Shown: positions 1 through 8,178 of the stretch, piece by piece
Numbering within the stretch: position 1 is the first letter of the stretch
How the letters are laid out: every line of letters begins with the position of its first letter
Origin: Candidatus Sumerlaeota bacterium
GTDB lineage: Bacteria > Sumerlaeota > Sumerlaeia > SLMS01 > JAHLLQ01
DNA: 64,000 nt
Reading direction: 5' to 3'
Assembly: GCA_030156535.1 (NCBI GenBank)
Contig: JASGMJ010000022.1
Span: 9,987 to 73,986 of the forward strand
Translations under genes and position numbers: made by a program
Notes under the pieces: model-generated
Databases searched by the model: none
What the model was told of the DNA's origin: nothing
What the model saw: the letters and a program-made list of their open reading frames with translations, nothing else

Positions 1-668
1 TCGTAGAAGCCGGGAGTCTGTTGCACCAGCTGGACGCGCTCCGCCTGGGGGGTGGCGACGAACCATTGCTGGTCGGGTTCGGTGCGCAGGATGACAGTCG
101 CTTCGCCGCCCGAGCGCCAGCCGAGCAACTCGGGGGGTCCCTGCGTGGCGACTTCGCCCGGTGTCACGGTCATCGTGGCGAAGCCCTCGTCGTCGATCAT
201 TTCGGCGGCGGGGTCGGGCACTTCCTCCTCGTCGTTGACGAGGAACTTGTAGGTGAAAGCGCCTTCCTGGGCGGCGGGGATGTCGGCGATCCAGAGGCCG
301 TCGAGCGTGAGGTGCATCTGGTGCTTCGCGGGTTCGCCGTCCGTATTCTTCACGAGTGTGGCCACGGAGGTGACGCCGCTGCGTTCGAGTTCGACGTGCG
401 CCCAGGCGCCCTGGCCCGGGTCGATCAGGTCGAGCGGTGTGTCCTCCGGCACGGGAACGACGAGCTCGGTCTTGGGAAGGAACTCGAAACGGAACGCGGT
501 GCCCCGCACTTTGAACGCCGTAAGGATCATCCAGACCAGCGGCAGCAGAACAAAGAGCAGCAGCAGAACGAGAACGGCGTAGATCGCCGAGTCCCGAATG
601 GCGATGAGCGCCGGCGTCTGTGAGAGCGGCGGCGGGGAAGGGTTTTTGATGTCGGGCCGGCTGTCCAT
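1..668 (-). CDS. Carbohydrate ABC transporter permease, MalG/UgpE-type (5' part only, continues past window start), with a large insertion after TM1 carrying a CBM48/AMPK-beta-like glycogen-binding signature
   Basis: Not in the ORF track because it is open at the window edge. My reverse-complement translation from ATG at 668 gives MDSRPDIKNPSPPPLSQTPALIAIRDSAIYAVLVLLLLFVLLPLVWMILTAFKVRG..., i.e. a MalG-type TM1 plus the W-M-x-x-T-x-F-K motif. It starts 10 nt after the stop of the upstream MalF-type permease. The frame then stays open for more than 170 codons and includes HLTLDGLWIADIPAAQEGAFTYKFLVNDEEEVPDP. Confidence 0.6.
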   Translation of the reverse strand, partial: MDSRPDIKNPSPPPLSQTPALIAIRDSAIYAVLVLLLLFVLLPLVWMILTAFKVRGTAFRFEFLPKTELVVPVPEDTPLDLIDPGQGAWAHVELERSGVTSVATLVKNTDGEPAKHQMHLTLDGLWIADIPAAQEGAFTYKFLVNDEEEVPDPAAEMIDDEGFATMTVTPGEVATQGPPELLGWRSGGEATVILRTEPDQQWFVATPQAERVQLVQQTPGFY

Positions 669-677
669 CGGCGTTTC

Positions 678-1619
678 TTAATCCTTGGGAGAGAGAACCT
701 TGAAGTTGATGAAGGCAACGACGATGGCAATGCCGAGGAGGACAAAACTGATCGCCGCGGCTTCGCCGTACATCGATTCGTTGAAGACCTTGAAGAGGTG
801 GTAGCCGCTGATGCGGCCGCTTTGCAGCGTCGTGTCGAGCACGCGGACGCTGGTGCCGCCGGTGTCATCGGTCAGCGCGTAGATCTCGGCAAACGCGTTG
901 AGCGAGCCCACGAGCCCGGTGATCGAGAGGAACAGGATCGTGGGCTTGAGCATCGGGATCGTGATGTGGACGAGCTTCTGCCAGGGGTTGGCGCCATCGA
1001 CGTCGGCGGCCTCGAAGATCGAGGAGGAGATGTTGTTCAGGCTCGTCAGAAACAGGATCATGCCGAAGCCGGCGTTCTTGAGCACCATGACGAGCGCGAT
1101 GGCGGGCAGCACGAGCCACGGGTTGTTCAGCACCCCGGAATCCGCGAGCCCGTGGACCCCCGCCCAGTGCAGGAGCACGGAGAACAGGCCACCCTTGGGG
1201 TTGTAGATCAGCAGCCAGATCACGCCGACGACGTAGATGTCGAACACGTTGGGGAGGAAGAAGCCGCTGCGCAGGAGGGCGAAGCCGCGCCGCTTGCGGT
1301 TGAGCATCAGCGCCAGGGCCAGCGACATCGCGATGCCGGGCGCGATCATCAGCAGCGCATAGACCATCGTCAGGAAGATCGACCAGAGGAACACGGGGTC
1401 CTGGAAGATGCGCACATAGTTGCCGAGGCCGACGAACTCCATCGTGCCAAACAAGTCGTAGAAGTCCGAGTAGATCGTGACGCGGTACAGGCTGATGAAA
1501 AGACTGTAGAAGAGCGGGTAGCCGATGAAGACGACAAAGACGGCCATGAAGGGCAGCAGGAACGGTGCGGCCTCAAGGTCCTGACGAATCGAAATATGCT
1601 CGCGATGCTTGCGCGCCAT
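678..1619 (-). CDS. Carbohydrate ABC transporter permease (MalF/UgpA-type)
   Basis: 313-aa ORF with multiple hydrophobic TM segments. EAA-loop motif SIFEAADVDGANPWQKLVHITIPMLKP. Tightly packed between a GH13 gene and the second permease. Confidence 0.9.
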   Translation of the reverse strand: MARKHREHISIRQDLEAAPFLLPFMAVFVVFIGYPLFYSLFISLYRVTIYSDFYDLFGTMEFVGLGNYVRIFQDPVFLWSIFLTMVYALLMIAPGIAMSLALALMLNRKRRGFALLRSGFFLPNVFDIYVVGVIWLLIYNPKGGLFSVLLHWAGVHGLADSGVLNNPWLVLPAIALVMVLKNAGFGMILFLTSLNNISSSIFEAADVDGANPWQKLVHITIPMLKPTILFLSITGLVGSLNAFAEIYALTDDTGGTSVRVLDTTLQSGRISGYHLFKVFNESMYGEAAAISFVLLGIAIVVAFINFKVLSPKD

Positions 1620-1640
1620 GGGCGTACTGTTCCCTTCCTG

Positions 1641-4154
1641 CTACTCTACCTCGATGACCGCTCCACCAATCGGCGGCAGGGTCACGGACGATCTTGTGAA
1701 GTCGGTGGACGGCTGACTTGTGCCTGGTGTGGCATGAAGCAGCCGGAACTTCCGGGCCCTCGTCGGGATTTCCACCGTCTGCTCCTTCGTGCTGTTGTTC
1801 AGCACCACCAGCAGGGCGCGGCTCTTGTCGGCCGGGTCGTGCCGCCAGTAGCCGAACACGTCCTTGTCGTCGTCCACGATGGCGGTGCGGTAATCGCCCC
1901 GGCGCAGCAACGGCTCGCGCTGGCGCAGGTGGAAGAGCGCACGGAACTCCTCGCGCAGATCCTTGTCCACCCGGTAGTCCGGGTTGTCGAACGGCTCCAT
2001 GTCGTCCCACCACATGGGCATGCGGCACATCGGGTCGTCGGCGCCGTACATGCCCACCTCGGTGCCGTACCAGATCATGGGGGCGCCGATGTAGGTTGCC
2101 TGGAAGAGTGCCATGAGGCGGAGTCGGCGGTAGGCTTCCTCGGGGGGACGGGCGTCGTTGTACGCGGCGCCGTCTTCGTCCTGGCGCCGGTTGGCGCCGT
2201 CGTAGGGGAGATCGGGATTCGCGATGCGCGAGACCCAGCGATCGGTGTCGTGGCTGTCGAACAGGTTTTGCAGAACATAGGTATGGTTGCGCGGATAGCG
2301 GATGCGCAGACGGGCGAGCCGGCGGTCGAATTCGCTCGCCGTGATCTTCTCGCGGTCGTTGGCGAACCAGGGGAACGCGGCCTTGGGGAGTTGGTAGTTC
2401 ATCACGGCGTCGAACGTCTGGCCGTCGAGCCATTCCTCCGCCGGATCCCAGATCTCGCCGGTGATGTAGGCCTCGGGGTTGATCGAGCGCACGTGCGCGC
2501 ACCACTCCACCCAGAATCCCATCGGCACGTCCATGGGGACGTCGAGGCGCCAGCCATCGATGCCGTCGGAGGGATCGCCGTCGCCATTGGGGTCCATCCA
2601 GCGGTGCGTCACGGCGAAGATGTGGGCCTTGGCGGAGTCGCTGGCCAGCCCGTCGGGGGATTTGGCGAACTCGGGGAGCCCGTCGAATCCCGCCCAGCCC
2701 CGGTAGACGAACGGGTCCCAGCTCACGACGTTGAACCAGTCGGCGTAGCGCGATTCCTTGCCGTTCTCGCGGACGTCCAGGAATGCGGGATGGTCGTCGC
2801 CCACGTGGTTCCACACGCCGTCGAAGATGATGCGCATGTCGCGGGCGTGCACTTCGCGGATAAGTTCCAGCAGCATGCGGTCGGACGCGTTGAACTTCCA
2901 CGTCGTGGGATCGAGCAGATCCTCGCCGTCCTTGACCGCTGCGTACGACCCGGCGACGCCGTAGCCGTCGTCGGCGTGAACGTAGGTGCGCGCGTTGTAT
3001 TTGTGCGAATTGTGCGAGACGAACACGGGGTTGAGGTAGATGGCCGTGACGCCGAGTTCCTTGAGGTAGGTCAGCTTGTCGATCAGGCCGCGAAAGTCCC
3101 CGCCGTAGAGGCGGTCGTACATCGACCACTTCCAGAACGTCCAGCCATCGGTGCGCTCCCACGGGTACTCGGTGTACCAGTCGCTGCGCCACGGATGGGT
3201 GCGTCCCTTGGTGCGGGGCTCGCCGGTGAACTCGGGGTTGTTGGCCGTGTCCCCGTCGCGAAAGCGATCGACCATGATTTGGTACCAAATGGCGTCGCGG
3301 GCCCATTCGGGGGGCTGTGGGGCGCGGGGGGCATTCACTCTCGGATAGAGGTCCGGGTGCTTGTGCTCCGGTGTCTCGAAGGAGGCGTCGCCATCGCGCA
3401 GCTCGAAGTGGTAGGACATCATTGCCGTGGAGGGGCGCAGGTGGTACTCGAAGTAGTCGAACAGTTCGTCCGCCGCCGCGAGTTCCATTCTGTAGCGGCC
3501 GGACTGGCCGGGGCCCTTCATCACGAACGACACGCTTTCGACGTCGTTGGCCAGCGCCCGCACGCGAACGATGGCGTCGTCCGTCCCGATGCGGTCGTAG
3601 TACAGGTAGGCATCGGGGTCGTGCTTTACGGCGCGCGATTCGATGACACCGTCGCCCCGCTTGGGAGTGACATCGTGCAGGAAGGCCACGACGCCCAGAC
3701 GCAGGAGCGAGTTGCCGCTGCCGCCTTCCTCGCGCAGTGGGTTCAGCGGGTCGGACTCCCAGATGTCGGGCGCAGCGACGAACTTGTAGGCGTACTCGCC
3801 GCCGGCGAGACGCGCGGTGACGGAGTAGACCCCGTCCGCGTCCGGGCCGGAGAGGGGAAGCTCGGCGCGGTTCCAGCTATTGAACGTTCCGGCGACAGCG
3901 GGATCCTTGACGGGGGCGTCCGGTTTCCAACGGAACGTCACCAGATAATCGTCGTCGCCGATCTCCCAGACGTCGAGATGCTCGGGGTGGGGGAATTCGA
4001 CGGGACGGCGGGTGAAAGTCTCGACGCCGGGAACGGGACCAGCCAGCGCGGACGAATGGAATGCCCCGCCGATAAAAATTAACCCACTCGCTCCTGCAAG
4101 CAGGATTCCCTTTTTCAAAACATCGGCCGAATGAGTAAAAAGTCCTGAAAACAT
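1641..4154 (-). CDS. Exported GH13 alpha-amylase-family enzyme (neopullulanase/cyclomaltodextrinase-like) with N-terminal CBM48-like module
   Basis: GH13 conserved regions IFDGVWNHVG (I), GIDGWRLDVPMDV (II), YITGEIWD (III), LFDSHDTDR (IV). N-terminal VAGTFNSWNRAELPL...GEYAYKFVAAPDIWESDPLNP. The ORF runs to 4226, but the ATG at 4154 (MFSGLF...) directly precedes a signal-peptide-like stretch ending ...AFHSSALA. Confidence 0.9.
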   Translation of the reverse strand: MFSGLFTHSADVLKKGILLAGASGLIFIGGAFHSSALAGPVPGVETFTRRPVEFPHPEHLDVWEIGDDDYLVTFRWKPDAPVKDPAVAGTFNSWNRAELPLSGPDADGVYSVTARLAGGEYAYKFVAAPDIWESDPLNPLREEGGSGNSLLRLGVVAFLHDVTPKRGDGVIESRAVKHDPDAYLYYDRIGTDDAIVRVRALANDVESVSFVMKGPGQSGRYRMELAAADELFDYFEYHLRPSTAMMSYHFELRDGDASFETPEHKHPDLYPRVNAPRAPQPPEWARDAIWYQIMVDRFRDGDTANNPEFTGEPRTKGRTHPWRSDWYTEYPWERTDGWTFWKWSMYDRLYGGDFRGLIDKLTYLKELGVTAIYLNPVFVSHNSHKYNARTYVHADDGYGVAGSYAAVKDGEDLLDPTTWKFNASDRMLLELIREVHARDMRIIFDGVWNHVGDDHPAFLDVRENGKESRYADWFNVVSWDPFVYRGWAGFDGLPEFAKSPDGLASDSAKAHIFAVTHRWMDPNGDGDPSDGIDGWRLDVPMDVPMGFWVEWCAHVRSINPEAYITGEIWDPAEEWLDGQTFDAVMNYQLPKAAFPWFANDREKITASEFDRRLARLRIRYPRNHTYVLQNLFDSHDTDRWVSRIANPDLPYDGANRRQDEDGAAYNDARPPEEAYRRLRLMALFQATYIGAPMIWYGTEVGMYGADDPMCRMPMWWDDMEPFDNPDYRVDKDLREEFRALFHLRQREPLLRRGDYRTAIVDDDKDVFGYWRHDPADKSRALLVVLNNSTKEQTVEIPTRARKFRLLHATPGTSQPSTDFTRSSVTLPPIGGAVIEVE

Positions 4155-4457
4155 TGGTCCCTCATTGCCGGGTGGCGGTCTGCGAACAGGACGGGAAGGA
4201 TGGCTCATGCGGCCCACGGTGCCCAAAATCCGCCGCTGCCCCGTTGTGGCTCAAACGTTGCCTGCTTGACGAGCAACGCCCTTTGCTCCCCAATCCGCCG
4301 TGCCTAGGGCAACCATAACGCGGTGCTTGTGGATGTTGTTGTTGCTTCTTGTTAGGAAACTTTTATCGCTCGCCGTATATGACCTTCGCGTTTCCCGGGC
4401 AGAAAAGACAACGGTAATGGGCCCGTGCGGGCCGTCAATCGCATGGAGGGTTGCAAG

Positions 4458-6932
4458 ATGGCTAAAAGGATCGGAACAATTTTTATCGGAGCAGGGGCAC
4501 TCCTTCTGGCGGCGGGTTGCACGGCCAGGAATCCGCACGCACTGGCGCGGATCGGGGAGCACGAGACCGAACGCGTCTGGAAGGTGTCGAAAACGCCGGA
4601 ACCCCTTGGCGCGTTGACGATGATCCCCGGCGACGAGCGGCGGATCGGTCTGCGCGGGGCGGTTGCAGGGGAGGAAGTGCGGGTGCAATCAGCCAGCTAT
4701 GCCGCGGGCTCGGCGGAAATCCTTTCACTTTCATTTGTGCCCGGCGACGAAGAAATTACGGTTCGTGCAGTACCGGGAAAGGGTGGCGAGGGAGTCCTGA
4801 TTTTGAAAGCGATTACGTCCTCCGGCGAGCACGCTGAGCTTGCCGTCCCGTACAAGGCCGCGTTCCACCCCATCGTCACCTTCACCTATCGCCCGCCCGC
4901 AGGCGCCAGCCCCCAGCACGTCTTCGTCGCCGGAGCCTTCAACGGTTGGAGCAGCGCGCGTCATGAACTGCTCGACAGCGGCAACGGCGTGTACACGCTC
5001 GACCTTCCGGTTCCGCCGGGCAACTGGCCGTACAAGTTCGTCGTCGATGGCGAATGGATGGCCGATCCCGCGAATCCAAAGAGGGAGGCAGGCGGGCACG
5101 GCAACTCACTTCTCGACGTGGAGGGCACCTCGGCTGATGTCTTGACGTTCTCGCTGCTCTCGTCGGCGATGCCGGGCTCGGGCCCGCAGGGCGCGATCGC
5201 GCTGGCTTCCGGCTTCGACGAACCATTGGATCCCGCACGCGTTCATCTTGTCGTGAACAACGTGCTGGCCCCGCGTCAGTGGTGGAGCCTGGACGCGGCG
5301 GGGCAGACGGTGCGTCTGGCCATTCCGCCGGATCAGTGGCTCGACGAAAACTTTATCGTGCTGTTGGCGAGCGACACGGCCGGGCGTACGGGCATCTTTC
5401 AGTCGCGCGCCGACCTGCCGGGTGCACCGCGCTCGCCCCGCGACGAGGTCATTTACTTTGCCATGACCGACCGGTTCCTCGACGGCGATCCGTCGAACAA
5501 TCCCGTGCACACCGAGACGGAGGAAGAACTGCATCCGCTCGCACGCTATCATGGTGGCGACTGGCAGGGCATCACCACGAAGATCGACGAGGGCTACTTC
5601 GACAAGCTCGGCGTCACGTCGATCTGGCTCTCGCCCGCCAATCGCAACACCGACCGCATCGAGCAGGACGCGCTGCCTCCGCATCGCCGTTTCTCTTCCT
5701 ACCACGCTTACTGGCCCACGTCGCTGGACGAAACGAATCCCCCGTTCGGCACGGCACGCGAACTCGCCACCCTGGTGGACAACGCGCACGAGCACGAGAT
5801 CGCGATCCTGCTCGACTACGTTGCCAACCACGTTCACGAGACGCATCCCCTTGTCGCCGAGCACCCCGACTGGGTCACCGACATGCACACGCCCGACGGA
5901 CGCCTGAACATCCGCCTCTTCGACGAGTACCCGTTCACCACGTGGTTCGACAATTTCCTGCCGACGCTGGAATACCACGACAATCCCGAGCTCGTGCAGA
6001 CGATGGTGAAGAACGCGGCGTACTGGCTGGACAAAACGGGTGCCGACGGCTTTCGCCTCGACGCGGTGAAGCACGTCGATCCGGCGTACTGGACGGCGTT
6101 GTCGGAGGAGTTGTACGAGCGCTACACGCTCGGCCGTGGCGAGAACATCTACACGGTGGGCGAGACGATTTCCGACCGCTCGACGATCAACAAGTTCGTG
6201 GGGCCGGGCCTGCTGACGGGGCAGTTCGACTTCCCGCTGCTCTTCGCTCTTCAGGGGCCGCTGGGGCGCGGCGATGGGTCGTTCGCCGACGCGGCCGAGG
6301 CGGTTCTCGCCTCACAGGAAGAGTACCCCGCCGCTGGCGTGATGAGTCCGCTGCTGGGCAACCACGACGTGGTGCGCTTCATGGCGCTGGTCGATGGTGA
6401 CATGCCGCCGGGGGTGGACGAAAAGGAAGTGGGTTTCACGAACCCGCCCCGCGTGGATCGAGCTGATTCGCACGCCCGGATGCGCCTGGCGTTTGCGTTT
6501 CTCTTCTCGGTGCCCGGGCCGCCGACGTTGTACTATGGCGACGAGATCGGCATGACGGGCGCACACGATCCTGACAACCGGCGCTCGATGCGCTGGCAGG
6601 ATTGGAGCAGCGAGGAGACGGCGACGTTCGAAGCCGTCTCGCAACTGGCCCATGCACGCGGCGCGTCCGTGGCACTGCGCCGTGGACGCTATGAAATCGT
6701 GGCAGCGGGCGAGGACCACCTGGTGGCCGCGCGCGTGAGCCCGGAGGAAACGGTGCTGATCGCGATGAAGGCAGGCTCCGGAGCGGTGACGGCCGAACTG
6801 CCTGCGGCGTGGGGAAGCCCCGCGGCCCTGGAGCCCCTCGTGGATGGCGGCTTGCGGGCGTCCCTGGCGGGGGAGAGCGTGGAGTTCGCCGGGCCCTCGC
6901 AGGCCTACGGATACTGGATCGTGCGGTGGTAG
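4458..6932 (+). CDS. GH13 alpha-amylase lipoprotein with CBM48-like module
   Basis: GH13 regions LLDYVANHVH, GADGFRLDAVKHV, YTVGETISD, LLGNHDVVRF. Lipobox MAKRIGTIFIGAGALLLAAGC. VAGAFNGWSSARHELLDSGNGVYTLDLPVPPGNWPYKFVVDGEWMADPANP. GGAGGG lies about 10 nt upstream of the ATG at 4458; the track ORF starts at 4425. Confidence 0.9.
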   Translation: MAKRIGTIFIGAGALLLAAGCTARNPHALARIGEHETERVWKVSKTPEPLGALTMIPGDERRIGLRGAVAGEEVRVQSASYAAGSAEILSLSFVPGDEEITVRAVPGKGGEGVLILKAITSSGEHAELAVPYKAAFHPIVTFTYRPPAGASPQHVFVAGAFNGWSSARHELLDSGNGVYTLDLPVPPGNWPYKFVVDGEWMADPANPKREAGGHGNSLLDVEGTSADVLTFSLLSSAMPGSGPQGAIALASGFDEPLDPARVHLVVNNVLAPRQWWSLDAAGQTVRLAIPPDQWLDENFIVLLASDTAGRTGIFQSRADLPGAPRSPRDEVIYFAMTDRFLDGDPSNNPVHTETEEELHPLARYHGGDWQGITTKIDEGYFDKLGVTSIWLSPANRNTDRIEQDALPPHRRFSSYHAYWPTSLDETNPPFGTARELATLVDNAHEHEIAILLDYVANHVHETHPLVAEHPDWVTDMHTPDGRLNIRLFDEYPFTTWFDNFLPTLEYHDNPELVQTMVKNAAYWLDKTGADGFRLDAVKHVDPAYWTALSEELYERYTLGRGENIYTVGETISDRSTINKFVGPGLLTGQFDFPLLFALQGPLGRGDGSFADAAEAVLASQEEYPAAGVMSPLLGNHDVVRFMALVDGDMPPGVDEKEVGFTNPPRVDRADSHARMRLAFAFLFSVPGPPTLYYGDEIGMTGAHDPDNRRSMRWQDWSSEETATFEAVSQLAHARGASVALRRGRYEIVAAGEDHLVAARVSPEETVLIAMKAGSGAVTAELPAAWGSPAALEPLVDGGLRASLAGESVEFAGPSQAYGYWIVRW

Positions 6933-7357
6933 GGGCGTGACTGGCGGCGGGTATAAAACTTTAGTGGAGCCCGCCGCCGCAGCGCCGTGGCCAGGGTGTC
7001 AGCGAAGGTGGATGGAGCGGGTAAAGCGGAGCGAGAACAGCCGGCAGGGCAAGGCGTGGGGTTGTAACCGCTTTCCATGGCCCATTATCTGTCCGTCTCA
7101 TAAAAAAATAACGCCCCGTTCATTTATAACATCCTTTAAAACTTCCGCGAACGGCTTGACAGGGCACATCGAATGAAATGATGTTCTCCATGTCCACTTT
7201 AGAACGCGGTGCCCATTCCAGCGCACGCCTCCAGGTGGAAGATGTATCAGGGCGGATGTATCGCGGGCACAGTGGCCAATAGGGGCCTGCCGGGAAACGC
7301 CACCCAAGCGGATTGCACCCCGTGGAATCCACCATCCCAGAGGAGGTATCTCCAAGC

Positions 7358-8056
7358 ATGACGCAGTCTCGCATCAAAACCATTCGAACCGGGCAGGGCT
7401 TCACCCTGATCGAGCTCCTGATCGTGGTGGCCATCATCGCCATCCTGGCGGCGATCGCCGTGCCCAACTTCCTGGAGGCGCAGGTTCGCTCCAAGGTTTC
7501 CCGCTCGCTCTCCGATATGCGCACGATCCGCACGGCCCTCGAATCGTACGCCGTCGACAACAACAAATACCCGGAGACGGACTTGGGCCGCGCCGCCTAC
7601 AACGCGGGGTATCGCACGATCGACCGCCTCACCACGCCGATCTCCTACATCACCAGCATTCCGAAGTCCCCCTTCATCGAGAAGTTCGGTGCCAGTAACG
7701 CCACCGACCCCAAGATGGCAACGCTGCGCAATCACGTGCTTTATGTCCGCAAGGACCGCGCACGCTCGACGGACAGCGAGAACCCTACGGGCTCCGGCGT
7801 TGACGCAAACTACTACAGTGATCGCATCGCTTATCTTCAGCCCCCTCTGAGTGCCTCCATCCCCGTGCTCAACGGCATTGGCACAGCAGGCCAGTGGCTG
7901 ATGAAGAGCAACGGCCCCAACAACTTCGACGACCGTGAGGCCCCTCCCGTTGGCTTTGGGACAAGCGGCCGCGTCTACGACCCGACGAACGGTACTGCCT
8001 CTGACGGCGACATTGTCGTCTTCAGCGACCTTTCCGGCACGGGCAAGAACATCTAA
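7358..8056 (+). CDS. Prepilin-type N-terminal cleavage/methylation domain protein (type II secretion / type IV pilin-like pseudopilin)
   Basis: MTQSRIKTIRTGQG|FTLIELLIVVAIIAILAAIAVPNFLEAQVRSKVSR has class III signal features (G-1, F+1, E+5). GAGGAGG RBS lies upstream of the ATG at 7358. C-terminal YDPTNGTASDGDIV motif is shared with two paralogs in the window. Confidence 0.85.
   Translation: MTQSRIKTIRTGQGFTLIELLIVVAIIAILAAIAVPNFLEAQVRSKVSRSLSDMRTIRTALESYAVDNNKYPETDLGRAAYNAGYRTIDRLTTPISYITSIPKSPFIEKFGASNATDPKMATLRNHVLYVRKDRARSTDSENPTGSGVDANYYSDRIAYLQPPLSASIPVLNGIGTAGQWLMKSNGPNNFDDREAPPVGFGTSGRVYDPTNGTASDGDIVVFSDLSGTGKNI
7400..7504 (+). repeat. Conserved 105-nt pseudopilin N-terminal coding segment, copy A
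   Basis: Encodes FTLIELLIVVAIIAILAAIAVPNFLEAQVRSKVSR. The same 35 aa (one substitution in copy B) recur at 47986..48090 and 49030..49134. Nucleotide differences are mostly at third codon positions. Confidence 0.85.
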
Positions 8057-8178
8057 GGGATGGAGACACGGGGGCTGGTGTCTCTCCGGCCTCATCATCG
8101 TTGTTCGCACCATCCGAAACCCTGAACAATTCGACCACGAACGGTACCAACTCAACACACCCTCTGGAGGGTAATACC

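Noticed and set aside
798-4082. 1094-aa plus-strand ORF, and many shorter ORFs, overlapping the permease and GH13 genes
   Set aside because: It is antisense to genes with unambiguous family motifs. Its translation is Arg/Gly/Ala/Val/His-rich with no motif. This is the typical long open antisense frame of GC-rich DNA.
6943-6978. Stem GGCGGCGGG / CCCGCCGCC after the GH13 lipoprotein gene
   Set aside because: It has an 18-nt loop and no following T-run, so I do not call it a terminator.
7156-7184. Possible sigma-70 promoter upstream of the first pseudopilin (TTGACA, 17 nt, TGATGT), in an AT-richer patch
   Set aside because: The -35 is perfect but the -10 matches only 2 of 6 positions. This is not enough to call.
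7200-7357. Sigma-54 promoter (GG-N10-GC) upstream of the pseudopilin genes (also checked 47850..47967, 48900..49014) and pilT (43931..44147)
   Set aside because: The candidates (e.g. TGGCCAATAGGGGCC) have the wrong GG/GC spacing. None fits TGGCAC-N5-TTGC.
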